Shown here piece by piece: positions 50,566-63,912 of a stretch of 64,000 bases of DNA. This DNA comes from Pavona decussata. Its lineage: Eukaryota. Each line of letters opens with the position of its first letter. The first letter of the stretch is position 1. The stretch covers positions 124,001-188,000 of the forward strand of contig CDRNST010000257.1 in the NCBI GenBank assembly GCA_977016875.1, written 5' to 3'. A model generated the notes under the pieces. That model was given only the letters and a program-made list of their open reading frames with translations, did not search any database and had not been told where the DNA came from. The position numbers were made by a program, and so were the translations under genes.

Positions 50566-50800
50566 AGGGACCTTAGGCACGCTACTGACAACAACGAGAA
50601 CGTCACAAAACAAAGGGTTTAATGGGCACAACACTGGCACTGCACTTGCGTTACAAATGTGGTACATTTATTTAACTCTCTCTACAAAACTATAACGTGA
50701 AATGACGAAAATGATTTTTGCAGTGGGTCAGAGAACGTGCGCACACCACGGTAAACTTTCTCCCTCTTTTGCTGAATAAATTTGCCACATTTGGTTGTAC
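50566..50800 (+). mobile_element. Degenerate MITE-like interspersed repeat
   Basis: AGGGACCTTAG...CAACGAGAACGTCACAAAACAA..GGTTTAATG...GGTACATTT...ACGTGAAATG, recalled as an abundant anthozoan repeat. Confidence 0.45.
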
Positions 50801-51602
50801 AAGTTTATGTCATGATTTTAAATTAACCTTTAAAATCTCAGAGATTCCTCTTGTAAAAAAGCTGTCTGACCACGTTGTGACTCGTTCTCTATTTTTGCAT
50901 ATATTAAATTGATCATGTGTCTTATTATTAACCAATGGCATGGAAGTTCATTGTCTTCTCGTTTACCATGTAATTTTCCAGTATTTTTCGTTAAAATTTT
51001 ATACATGGAGAAAACTAAAGCTCATAACTTTTTCGGATATCAACCTCATTACTGTAACCAATTGCAGTTAAACATCCAATTGTGGTGACAACTTTGGTCG
51101 GTTGGAAAAAACAATGCGTGCATGCATGGAGAACAAACAGTCATCCAGAGAAGGTAATTCTTAAGTCATGCAATGAACGAATGTTAAATGTTAAGCTCAT
51201 GATCAGCTCTCCTTCCTTACCTTAGTAAACAGAAAAACTATGTTTTCAATTTATGTAAATCAAGAAATACGTGCTATGGTAAAGAATCAAATTTGTTAGA
51301 TTGTAAACAATGCTTTCTGTTACAATCCTAGCTTGCAGCCTATTCATCTTGAAGGCTTGTCATGTTTTAAACTATTAACTTAATCGCAGACCCTTATATT
51401 AAGCTTATTAAGTTTACTCATTTTCCTACATTGAAGATCAATTAAATCGCTACATTTGAAAAATAACGTTTTTCTTGATATTTAAGCCAATTGATTCCTT
51501 TTTCATTCCAATATATTCAATGTGGAAATAAAAAATTTAACAGCTAATATAATTTTGGCCAAAGGTATAATCATTTTTGTTCCCATAATATGGAGAAAGA
51601 AC

Positions 51603-53150
51603 CGGTGTGCGACAAATGCAGACTGCAGACTTGCAGATTTGCCGACTTCATGGACTCAACATACTGGCCTTTCCCAATTCATTTTAAAAATAATATCGTG
51701 CAACCTCCGCCATTCCACATCATGCGCTGTCTGCTAAGTACGCTTTAAGGCTACTTAGCTACTTTCATTGTTGTCCTTCAGGACAACCATGAAGACTTGC
51801 CGACCTGCATACTTCCGGATTTTTGCGACTTTGGAATTTAACGAGAATTATATGCTAGTGTTGTTGATTCCATGGAGTGTTGCTGATTCACTAGCTGGCG
51901 GCATTTAGCATGATCGAGTGATATAATCCCCTGTGGAGACATGTGTTGTTTACGAAATTTTAAGAGCTGAAATCACGCGCAGGAATTTTTAAATTCAAAC
52001 TAACTTTGGCAGGGCGACCACTTGAGCGACATGTCTGCATAATTTTTTTGCTATTCTAACTTTGAACTCGGATATCTCCATAACCAATTATTAATGTCTT
52101 TTGAATAACGCTGTGCAGCTAATTCGTTCTTGCCAGGCCGCGTTCGATACCCGATAAATTCAATGCAACAGGCCTCCTTCGTCAGAGAGTTTACCCGATC
52201 CTGATATTTTAGAAAATAAAAAAAAATCACTAAAATTGTACTTTTGTCAGAACCTAGCCCTTATTATGCTGTTTGCTATATAGTTTGACAACGTTAAAAC
52301 TGGCACACGTAAGACTTTTATTCCTGAAGAACAATCGTGAAAGTAGCCAAGTATCAAAGCGTACCAAGCGGACAGCGCATGATATGGAATGGCGGAGGTT
52401 ACACAATATTATTTTTAAAATGAATTAGGAAAGGCCAGTATGTTGAGTCAGCAAGTCTGCAGTCTGCATTTGTCGCACAGCAAGAAGAACTGGATATTTC
52501 TGCAACAAATTCACACTAGAAACTTACAAAGTGTAGTTAAAATATCAAAATAAGCTTACAAATGCAAAAAGTACTCATTTTGTGAAATGACAACATTTCA
52601 AACTTGATTGTAAAACCACATTGATCCTTAATAATTTTAGTTGACTGCAATAACCTTCATTATTTTCTTATTATCACAACAATATAACAATATAAAGTCT
52701 CAATTATTTGAGCTACTACACAGCCCACAGAATGATTTTTGGAATAGGGGAGAAAAAGCGGTCTGCGACAAATGCACACTGCAGACCTGCAGTCTTGCAG
52801 ACTCAACATGCTGGCGTTTGCCAATTCATTTTAAAAATAATATTGTGTAACCTCCGCCATTCCATATCATCCGCTGTCCGCTTGCAACGCTTTGATACTT
52901 GGCTACTTTCACGGTTGTCCTACAGAAACAAAGTTCGTACGTGTGCAAGCTTTGAGAAAACGTTGGCAAACTATATAGCAAACAGCATAATAAGGGCTAG
53001 GTTCTGACAAAAATACAATTTTAGTGATTTTTTTACATTCTAAAATATCAGGATCGGGTATTAACTCTCCAGTGAACGAGGCCTGTTGGATTGAATTTAT
53101 TGGATATCGAATGAATTAGCTGCACAGCCTTATTCAAAAGACATTGATAA
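51603..53150. mobile_element. Three arms of a long-TIR (foldback/MULE-like) non-autonomous element
   Basis: TGCGACAAATGCA.ACTGCAGAC...CATTTTAAAAATAATAT... at 51603(+), 52080-52478(-) and 52760-53150(+). Confidence 0.75.
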
Positions 53151-56100
53151 GGCTTCTCTCTTCATCAAGCGGTGCTTAGAACAGCGAAGTTATAATGCTT
53201 AATTAAATTTGTGCATGGCATGATCATCTTCCAGACGCATGTACTGTGTGGAAATCAAATACCATCTGTTTAATGGAACGTTTTTCACGAAAAAGCTAAA
53301 ACATTGATTTGTATTCCCTAAAGAAAGTGTGAAAAGGAGGAGCTGTGAAAAGAGTTGTAATTGTAATTCACTGTAAGCAAACTGACATTTGATGTTGGGC
53401 GCTTTATTTATTACAAGTGAGGACGCGTTACATAGTAATAGATTTTTTGTTTCTAAAATACTTGCTCCCAGCAAAGAGAATCCAAAATGTCAAACCGAAA
53501 AAGGAATAAAAAAAAGAAAACAGGGAAACTCAGCGTGGAAGTCGCATTCTGATTATACTTAATTACGCATGGACAAACAATAACATTAGCTCTTTGGCCG
53601 ATGTACCACGCGCTCTTTTTGACCTTATTTACATTTTATATACAGTGATTCTCTAAAAAAATTTTTAGCTGAAACGCGAGAATTTTTTATAGAACGCTGT
53701 AAACAAATTGGGAAATCAATGTATCCGTTTAGCGAATGGAATTTGTTTATTGATTGTTCATTAGTTTGCAGGACGGGAAGTTATTTTTAAAAATCTTGAT
53801 CCTGAAGCCGCGCGTTGCGAGTCGACGTGATCACGGTGATTTATTTCTCGAGCTTCCCCAGGGAAAGATAAAATATCTAACCTACTTCAAAGAGTTTGCA
53901 ATCTTCAGAAACATGCGTTATTGTTGGAAATTGTTCGACAAAAAAGACAACAATAGCTTGAATATATGAATACTAAACGACCCCAAAATTTGGGGTACAC
54001 ACTTTAATCGGCATGAAGTTGTAATGTTAAGTTCCTGTACAAACACAAAAACTACCTAGTTATATGGAGTAAAATCCTGTTTTTAACACTGGACATATAA
54101 ATACAAATTATTATCTGGTACGAAGTTTTAGACCTGTAAAGGAAGATATACCTGCAAACCAAATGCTTTACTTAATAAGCTGTGCTTATCTCCCACCCCA
54201 GCCACACCTAAAATGAACTAGCCAGCAACAATACTTTCATTATTAAGTAATTCTTAATTTCAAATTCAATTTATAAAACTGAGATGAGTGATTTCAATGT
54301 CCAGCATTCACTTTGCTGTTAAATACTGGATTATAAGAACTTTACCTTTATTAACTGTTTTGAAAATTTCAAAAACCTCACAACTGCATGGAAATTTGCG
54401 CATTTGATCATATGCAGATGCTAATTTGCGACATACAAATATTAATTATTATTAAATAAAAAAAATAACGGTAGGATTTGCGAAAATTTCTTTGAATGAA
54501 AACAAAGAGACAACGTATTAAAGTCCTTGTGCAGAGTCATGTTCACAAACAGTCAATTTGTCTTATGTCCAGTCCTTCATCAAACTGCTAAGAGTAATCT
54601 AACATCATTCATTTTCTATCACAAAGTGGTGTACACAAGTGTAAAATGTTATATTAGGCATTCTGCAAAACAAACGTTGCCGTTATGCTAACAGTGAGAG
54701 TATACTTAGCATAACAATGCTATGGACTGAAGTAATTTAATTATTGATCGTACTCCTCAAAGTTCTCAACAGTCTCTAGTTTCATCAAATTATAGAAAAA
54801 ACTAATGTGACATGGATTTACAGCAATCACCCATCAACACTTTGAGCTAACAAGGAGGAATAAATCATTGAATTCTTTCAAAACTGGTATAGAACTTTTT
54901 TTTATCATTATACCAGAATCTGGAAGATGCAGGATTTTACCCAAATATGGTACAGGATTTCGGATAACACAAAATACCTTGATAGGGAATCAGGATTGGA
55001 CTGTTTCCGAGAAGCATGATTTACTAAAATTTGTGTACAGGATGCAGAATCTTTTGGCATAATTGTGTTTTGTAAAAACTGAGAATATAATAGTGGTTCA
55101 TATATCAATTAACTTATTGCAAAGTTTGTTTTCAAATGTTTCTAGTAATAAACTGCTGTTATCTCTGTCAATAGACACATTAATATATGACTTTTACAGT
55201 ATTTTACAATTAAACATTTCACAATTCAGTAATCGTTAACTCCATCTTCAAGTACCCCAAACTTGCATTGTTCAACCATCAGATAATGAGAAGCAATAAT
55301 GACAGCAAACAAGGTGGATCCCACTAAGACAGTTGTCCTCGCATCTCACAACAGACTCTAAACAAACTTCTTGGGAGGCAATTCATAAAAAGATATTTGA
55401 TGTGTCAATCTCAACAAAAAACCATAAAGAACAAGATGCCCGGCTAATTACATTAACACGGAATCCTTATTGTAACCTCAATTATTCCTCATCGTATGTT
55501 TCGCAGATATTTAAAAACTATTCTCTCTTGGCAAGTAAAATAATTCTCTGAATGGTTTTATTCAGATATATGGCGTGATACTTATCGTTGTGTTACTACA
55601 AACCATACCAGAACTAACTCTGCAATAATGTCATGACTCCACTGAACTGGTCCGCCCTCCAATAGCTCTAATTGTTGGCATTGATTAGTCAATCTGTTTT
55701 TGAAACCGGACTTTCTTCGCGGTAGACTCTCCCTATTTCCACCGTTTCAACTGTCGAGTACTACCTAGAAGTTATTATTTCGAATTATTACTTGAAAAGG
55801 TTTGTTTTCTATCTGAAAACGGCAGATCACATTCTTAAATTGATACATGATGCCGCCATTGAACAAAAACAACTTTTCAAAATGATCGCTTCCTTTGACG
55901 TCACATACGCAGAGATAGGTGAATTTCCTCCGTTGTGATATACATGCCAATAATACATTTTGATTGGGCTGTTTTTGTTCAAGACAATGAGAACATTAAA
56001 TCCCTTCTGGGAGAGGGTAGAATTTAATCAAAGTTTAATGAATAAATCAAATGATGATTTGACGTCACACAGGAAGGGATGAGTACGCACCCTCTCTTGT

Positions 56101-56929
56101 GATATGTACACGAATAATAGATTTTGATTGGCCTCCTTTTGTTGAAGACAATCAGAACAATACATCCCTACTAGAGGAGGGCATGCTTCTATGCATAAGT
56201 TAATTTGTATTAACCTTTGAATTAATAACAAGTCAAAAATTATAAAAATTCACCTTGAATCATATATTTTGGATAAGTTTCTTTTTCTTCTATTTAGTTC
56301 AAGCATCTCAAACCTTCGTTTACACTAACAGTTGTATTCCAAGAACAATCAAAATTAATAATCATCCTCTATGAACACTTTAATATTTTATTCATTTTAA
56401 CACCAGCTCTTTTTGTTCTTAAAGTACACACCAACATAAACAAGTACTACATTCAAACCATCAAATGACATCTCTTAAGAAAAAACTAACAACTTTATTC
56501 AGTATTTTGTTAACTACATCAACTATTTCTCTTTCAGTGAATTTCAGAAACATACACTGTATCTAGCTTGAAGATGTCAACCATGCAAAGAGAAGGTATA
56601 TTCTCTATTTGTCACAATAAAATCCTTTCAAGAAAACTTTTTTTATCACATGGAAACTACCTCATGCTCTCAAATAGAGAAATCACTTAAACCAGTGTTG
56701 AAAAACGTGTAATATTCCCTTGTGAAAATCTCACCTGTCTTTTGTTTATAGATAGTAGACCAACATGGATTGATTTAACTGTTGACCGATTGCGAATAAT
56801 GAAGAGGCTCAGTAATGAGGGTAAATTTTCCTTTAATCTTTATCTGTTAAGAAATTGACAAAAATGTTTAAGGTTTCTCAAAGTCTATTGATTCACTTTA
56901 AAAGATGCAGTCATTGCCTAGTATTAAAA

Positions 56930-57114
56930 CAGCAGGTCTAAAACATAAATGACAGCTACGCTGGGATAACAGGTTGCAGTTATACAACGCTAATCCTAAA
57001 CTGAACCTTAACCGTAACCCTAATCTCAGGTAAGATTAGCATTAGGGTTGTACCTTTAACCCATTATCTGTAACCTGTAACTTACAACCTGTGACCTGCA
57101 TCTTAGACCCGCTG
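56930..57114. mobile_element. MULE-type MITE
   Basis: CAGCAGGTCTAA...TTAGACCCGCTG TIR; 9-bp TSD GTATTAAAA/GTATTATAA; internal CCTAAC-like repeats. Confidence 0.75.
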
Positions 57115-57458
57115 GTATTATAATACTTGTTTTGTTCCTTATTTTAATGTGGCTCTTCAAACTTTCAGAAAATTTGAATTTCCTTTTAGCACAATACATG
57201 CAATGAATTCATTTTAAACAAAAAATCTCACTAAATTGCTTCATCACTGTAACATGTTCAAAACTAATATAACACCTTTGTAAATTAACCAACATCTTTA
57301 CTTAAAACACTCCTTCCATTTTTATTAGTTAGCTACCTTCTAGAAAATACTTAATAATCAAGAGACAAATCAACGCACTTACTGCTGATAAAAATATTAC
57401 CTTACCAAGGTAGAAATAACATCTAAGCACACCTAATATATGAACCGTTGTAGTACAG

Positions 57459-57699
57459 GCTGCAGTTGTTCAAAAAGCCGATAACTTTATTCACTGGATA
57501 CGTCGCTATCTGGCCGACGAAATGTGTGCAAGATTTTCCCAATAGCCTCATAATTGGTGAATAAAGTACAAGCATATGTCAAATTTAAATATGGGATTTT
57601 GTGGAAGACTTGCCAAAAGTATTACTTGGAGCAAATCTACACCGCTGGATAGTGACGTATCCAGCGAATAAAGTTATTTGCTATTTGAACGACTGGGGC
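57459..57699. mobile_element. PIF/Harbinger-type MITE
   Basis: GCTGCAGTTGTTCAAA...TTTGAACGACTGGGGC with ~60-bp inverted arms; CAG TSD. Confidence 0.75.
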
Positions 57700-58000
57700 C
57701 AGAAATTAAACATCTCACTGCTTTTCTTTTAATGACAATTACTATTAAATTGCAGTTCAAGCTATAGCTTCGAACAATGCAACATACACAGCAGGTAATT
57801 AGTTTATTTTCTTTATAATAATATTACTGGAAACTTCTGTGTAAAAAAAGTATATCTGAAGAACAGCTTACGAGAAATTCTTTGCACATTTAAAATCCAT
57901 AATAAATTACCCAATAGTTGTATAACATTCAGCTAATGACCTAAGAAAATGGCAGATGGTCTTCTACAAAAATTAACATCAGTTCCCTCCCATTTTTTTT

Positions 58001-58003
<3 letters not shown>

Positions 58004-58062
<59 letters not shown>
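58004..58062. repeat. (TC)n microsatellite
   Basis: Direct observation. Confidence 0.99.
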
Positions 58063-58067
<5 letters not shown>

Positions 58068-58984
58068 GATGAAAAGTGTGGCACTTTTTTAACATTTTCT
58101 CTCTTTTGTCAAAACTTTAAGAAATTATCCTCGTTCCTCACGACACCTTCACTACAACTACAACAAGGTACAACGCATCTCTCATTAAAGTTTCCAATTT
58201 ACAGCATTATTTGGCGTTCTTTTAGGGTACATTTTACATCAAAAAGGGTATGAAAGTGCCACATTGAAGGGTAATGAACACAAAAGAATGGTAAAACTCA
58301 ATTTTACCTGCAATGAATAGATAGATCAAAGGCCAGTAAATGCTGGTATATTCCCCCGCCCACCCCAATAATTTTACAAAAGGTTTTGTAGACTTTACCA
58401 GAAGTTGAGTTATGATGGTAGGAATTTTAACTGGTGTTCAAGTTTCCAGTTCGGGAAAAGGCCAAAAGTTTACATTTTTCATTTCAAAGAAAGATAGTGT
58501 CTTTGTTAATTAACGAAAAAATCTGAAACGAAGTTATGTTATAACCCTTTTATCTAGGATTATCGTCACCAAGTTAGAGCTTTGTAGCTTGGACCGTTTT
58601 GCCGTTATAACTATTTTTTTACAAGCATCTTTTGCCTCGAGGCCGCGTTTCAAAAGTGACACAATTAGTAAAACGCAGCTAGAAATCGCGACTAAAGGAG
58701 AATTGAACTTGTATTGCTCCAAATTTCTCATCCCTTGATCCAGATACTGTCTGATTATAGGTCTTCTTCTGTTCTTAAAGTCAAGGTTGTGGCTCTAAAG
58801 GTACTGATTACAATTAAGGAAATATGCGCTAGCCTTCCATGAGTAGTTAACAACAAACAGGCTTTGGGTGTTTCAGTGCACACTGTCTTCGGAGGGGGAG
58901 TTTAAATCATGTGTTTTTCCTTGCAATTGATTTTATAACATAACACAAATTAGTAGTCACTTCGTTTTACACAACACATTCACT

Positions 58985-61640
58985 ACAACCGCAGCTCAAA
59001 GTACATTGCAAGTTTCAGTAATGTTTCACATTCACAGAACAACTGAATGAAGCTCTAGGCAAATTATGAGGTGATTTGAATCAAATTAACGGCATAGTTC
59101 CCCTCCCTAAAAGGAGCAAAGCTATGGTCCTGCACAGAAAATGTTTCGTCGGTCCACTAAGTACACTGATTCTTTGTCATCACCCTGTGAAATGGGTGTC
59201 AAGTGCAAGACCGATGGGATTGTAACGATAGATAATACATTGACACGGCGCAAGCAAGCGCATACAGACGAAGTGAAAAACACGACGTCGACCACAAAGC
59301 ATACTTTTAGACTTGTGTTGAAGAACTTTTGCCATCTGTAATGTACTCGCGGGTGATGTTGTGGGTTGGCCTGTACCAATAAGGATGGACTCAATGTATT
59401 AGAAGCTCTGCACTGCGGCGCAGCTAGAATCAATCTTCCTTGGAACATGCCTATACAAGAGACTATGAGGTAAGATAGCGAATCCCCCATACATGCCCCT
59501 CTTCCTTTGAAAATTTTTTTCAATCTATTTTTGTTTGCGTTGCTATTTTAATGTCGACATCTTATTGGTCAATTAGAGCGACGTCATTTAATTTTAAACT
59601 CAATGACGGATTATAATTTCCCAAAGATTGAAAATAATTATCATGGGGCACAGGGATTCGCTCTTTTACCTCATAGTCTCTTGGCCTAAAACCAAGGTCT
59701 TGTACATTAGTAGATGGGTTCCATTCGGGGCTCCAACGGCAACTTTAATATAACGAATATACAAATAATAACCAAACGCCGGATAGTAGGCCTAAGGAAA
59801 CCCAGAGAAACAAAGAGAACAGACATCATGCAATGAAGACACTCAAAGAGATGCACATGCCACAGTTCAATACCGTAAGTATATGAAGGATTCTATTGCC
59901 CGTAGAGCGGACATTTTGTGAAACATTTTATCAACCGAAATTGATAACCTTAACACAGCAGGGGAATGTTTCAAAGTTGCGAAAAAATCGAGTGCACTCC
60001 TCATTCTGCATTTTAATATAACATCGTCACAAGCAACGTCATTGGGCTATACAAACCACACAGACCGTTTATATCACTAGCTCCTAATCCCATTAGTGGC
60101 ATATTTGTAATGTTTTATATTCGCAAAAAGAAACTATAGTAAGCAAATTTTAATGGTTTTATCTCCGCAAAAAGCAGCTGTTATTTTTAGCTTTTAAGTA
60201 TTTTACTTTTACATGACCCCACAAGGGGCACCGCTTTAATTTTCATTGTGTATAATCTTATCTTATCTTATCTTAGATAACCCTGTCTTCGTAATAGTCT
60301 CTTAAAAGATGGATGGAAAGTTTGTTCAAGTTTCCCTTTGAGAATAAAACAAACGGTTATTTGGCATTTTAACCGAATATTAGATTGCACGCTCCGTTGA
60401 TGCTTAAGGATTTGCCGAGAGTCTTCGGCTAGCGGTGAAAAAAATAACATTGTACGCAGCAATCCTACAACAGTTCAAAACCTCACGTGCAATCGCCATC
60501 TTACATAAGGGAATTGCCAATCCTGGACATATGGTCAACGCCAACTTATATATATCTACATGACCAACTCGAAAGCTCATAGGCTACTTTGGTCACTGTA
60601 CACTATAATTACTGTTTCTTCTAGTTAATGTCTATCTATACTTTCTTTATTTAGAAAAATTATGTAGGGTCTAATATTTAGCTTTCACATCAACCGCATC
60701 AAAGTCATTACAAGTTACACTAATGTTTCACATTCACAGAACAACTGAATAAAGCTCTAGGCCAAGTTACGAGGTGATTTGAATCAAACTCACAACATAG
60801 TTCCCTTCCTGGCCCTACAAAGAACAATCAGGAAATGTTTCGGCGGTCCACTAAACACACTGATGCTTAGCCATCGCCCTGTGAAATGGGTGTCAAGCGC
60901 AAGACTGCTGAGATTGTAACGATTGTTGATAAGTGCGCAAGCAAGCGCATACTTATGAAGTGAAAAGCACGACGACGATTACTAAGCATACTTTTAGGCT
61001 TGAGTTATAAAGTACTTTTTTCATCTGTATGGTACTCCCGGGTGATGTTGTGGGTTGCCTGTATCAATAAGGATGAATTTGTCTTTTTTTATTATATTTT
61101 AAGTATTTTACTTTTTACACGACCCCACAAGCAGCACCGCTGTAATTTTCATTGTGTATAAATAAGGACTTTATCTTATCTGATCTTATGTTATCTTAGG
61201 AAACCCTGTCTTCGCAATACTCTGTCATAAAGGATGGGTGACAATTTTGTTCAAGTTTCCCTTTGAGAATACAAAAAACGGTTATTTGGCATTTTCTTTT
61301 TTTTTTTTTTACCGAATATTGCATTACACACTTCATTGACGCTTAGGGTTTGCCAAGAATCTGCGGTTCGGGGTGATAAAAAAAACAACAACATTGTACG
61401 CAGTAATCCTACAACAGCTTAAAACCTCACGTGCAATCGCCATCTTACACAAGGGAGTTGCCCATCCTGGACATTAAAGGCCAACACCAACTTATATATA
61501 TCCACATTACAGTGACCAACTAGAAAGGTCATAGGCTACTTTGGTCACCGTACACTATAATAACTGCCAGTCTTCTAGTAAATTTCTATCTGTACTTTTA
61601 TCTGGTAAAATTGTACAGGGTCTTATATTAAGATTTTATG
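58985..61640. repeat. Diverged local duplication: copy 1 ~58985-60690 (with ~800 bp extra), copy 2 ~60690-61640
   Basis: TAATGTTTCACATTCACAGAACAACTGAAT at ~59019 and 60721; TTTTAAGTATTTTACTTTT at ~60192 and ~61097; AAAACCTCACGTGCAATCGCCATCTTACA in both copies. Confidence 0.88.
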
Positions 61641-61699
61641 TAAACATTGTGCAATAAATAAAAATGAAAAAAAAATAATAATAATTAAGGACTTTTCCT

Positions 61700-62023
61700 C
61701 CTTTCGTCACTGCGCGTGCATTCAGCGTATTATAGGATTCCAAGAAAAGTTTTGCTTTTTTTATTATCTTTTTTTTTTGGAGGACGTTTTTTTATTAATT
61801 CAAGAGTATTTTTCTGTGGCTTATGCCAACAATGCGGGGAAAGAAGATATTAATTATGGATTGCTTATCAAGAAGAGAATTCTCGGCAATGCAACGTTTA
61901 GACCAACACAAAGGAAACGTAGGAGAAAAATATAGAGACTTTACTTCCGGTACAGCAGCGAGAGGAGATTGGGAACAAGTGTTTTCGTATCCATTCAAAG
62001 ATGGCGCACGAGGACTTGTAAAG
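61700..62023 (+). promoter_or_regulatory. Housekeeping-type promoter and short non-coding first exon
   Basis: TGCGCGTGCA (NRF1-like, 61711), ACTTCCGGT (ETS, 61943), AAGATGGCG (YY1, 61998), donor AAG|GTATGT at 62023/62024. Confidence 0.55.
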
Positions 62024-62479
62024 GTATGTTGCAAAATCGATCCATTGTTATCCGTGAATAAATAGACCGTCTGCCTAACTCTTGCACGGTTAGCAAGTAT
62101 AAGCGACCTTAGAATTCCCTTGTTAATATATTTTTATTGAAACAACAATGAAAGCACTAAACGGGTCGTCTTTCGTTTTTGATCATCGAACCTTTCTCTG
62201 AACTGTCTCTGTAGTGATGAAATTGCCCCGGGCTAGCTTTAAGGCGCTATGTTATGGTGATTTTTTATGTTTATGCCAATTACCCTCAAATACTATTGCT
62301 CATAACCAAACATCCCTAAAACACCAAAGAAAGATATCAAGCTATTTTGTCAAAGGGGAAGCAATCCATTATCTCTATTTGGCTATTTTTGACACTGTTT
62401 TTCTACACTCAGGTCTATAAATGATTAGCGGCGATATACCGCTGTACTTGGTCAGTTTTTCCCCTCTTTCATAACCAAT

Positions 62480-62587
62480 CCTGCATGACTGAACCTAGCA
62501 GGGGACAGAGCCTTATCTGGCATAGCTCCTGGGATCATAGAGACGTGTAAGCTTTCATCACCATGACAAGGTGACCAGCCAGGGTGA
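62480..62587 (-). mobile_element. RTE-clade LINE 5' UTR fragment
   Basis: Minus strand CACCTTGTCATGGTGATGAAAGCTT...ATGATCCCAGGAGCTATGCC resembles the conserved RTE/BovB 5' segment. Confidence 0.5.
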
Positions 62588-62649
62588 ACCTTCGATACAT
62601 GGGCAGTAATTTTTGATTATCAGTAGGTTACCATTTCAAAAATAGAATC

Positions 62650-62847
62650 CATCACCTCTATTTTTTTTTTGTAATTGATGTATGGAATTTTTAATATTTT
62701 AATATGGTTTACGATGTCAATTTCAATATATTGTAGTTCTTTCTTTTTTTATAGCTAGATTTAAAATAGGCTATTTAGTTAGGTGTCCACTGTTAGTAGA
62801 GGGGACTCATCCCCTCAGCTACATTCCTTTTGTGACACAATAATAAA

Positions 62848-62892
<45 letters not shown>
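62650..62892 (+). mobile_element. 3' end of a LINE/SINE with (ATT)n tail
   Basis: AATAAAG followed by ~14 ATT units (62850-62892). Confidence 0.55.
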
Positions 62893-62895
<3 letters not shown>

Positions 62896-63912
62896 TTCAT
62901 TGTCAGAACTAGTTGTGGAAATTTTGCAGTGTCTCCCAAAAATCGGTGTTTAAGTTTATTAAATAAGATCCAGTTGTTTAATGATCCACTGTGCATTTGA
63001 AGAACTAGAGGTAAAACTTAAATAGATGTTCAGTCTAATACTGTTGCAAAGCAGTAATATGTTTAGGGTAGGACATTATTTTATTAAAGCAATGTTGTGT
63101 ACAAATGACATTACCAGATAAATTGTAATGAGAAATCATACTTCATGGCTTCACCAAAATATTGTACAAGGCTGTGCTCTTTAAAAGAACTTGAGAATCA
63201 TAACAGCCTAAAGGCCCCCTTCCATGAAATCTGAGGTGCCCAGGTGTTATTGGTACAATGTAGTTTTTTTTCTTTCTATTTAAGACACCGTCTCTTTGAA
63301 ATTTCCAGGCCCCACCTCCATAAAAAATAAATTACCCCAGGACCTCCCTTTTTGTAGTGGCTAAAATTTCAAGCCGCCTATTTTCTTACCCACCACTCCC
63401 CCTCCACTGCCCCCCCCTCCCTCCGATAAATAATGAACGGTCCCTTAATATTATTGGTCAAATAGTTTTAAACAAAACTATACCGCTATGTTTATTTTAT
63501 TTTTATTTTTGTTTATTTCGTTCTTTGTTTTCTTTTCATCTTGCTTCCAATATACTTTCCAGTATTTCAAAGTAATTGACAAAGCTTTTTTAGGGAGGGG
63601 TGCTAATATGAAAGGGGAACTTACCATAAACAGGATGCTCATCTGCTTTTCAACTTAAACATTGAATGGTGAATAAGAAAGCCAGAAAAGCATTGTTTTT
63701 TCTTACTCGTGGGGAATTTTGATCATGGCACAATGGAGAATGGGATTGGGTCAAAAATGTCAGGTGTAGATGTAATTAAACATCTGCTAAGGCCACAATT
63801 CCTATAAGCAAACCGTTATAAGTAAATATACATTCTCGAGCTAAACATTTTGAGCTAAATTCTATTCCTTAACCATTCTAGATGACAGGTTAACTGAAAC
63901 AGTGGAACCAAG

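Noticed and set aside
57999-62996. ORFs with SLSLSL (57999) or poly-I (62793) tracts
   Set aside because: They are translations of microsatellites.
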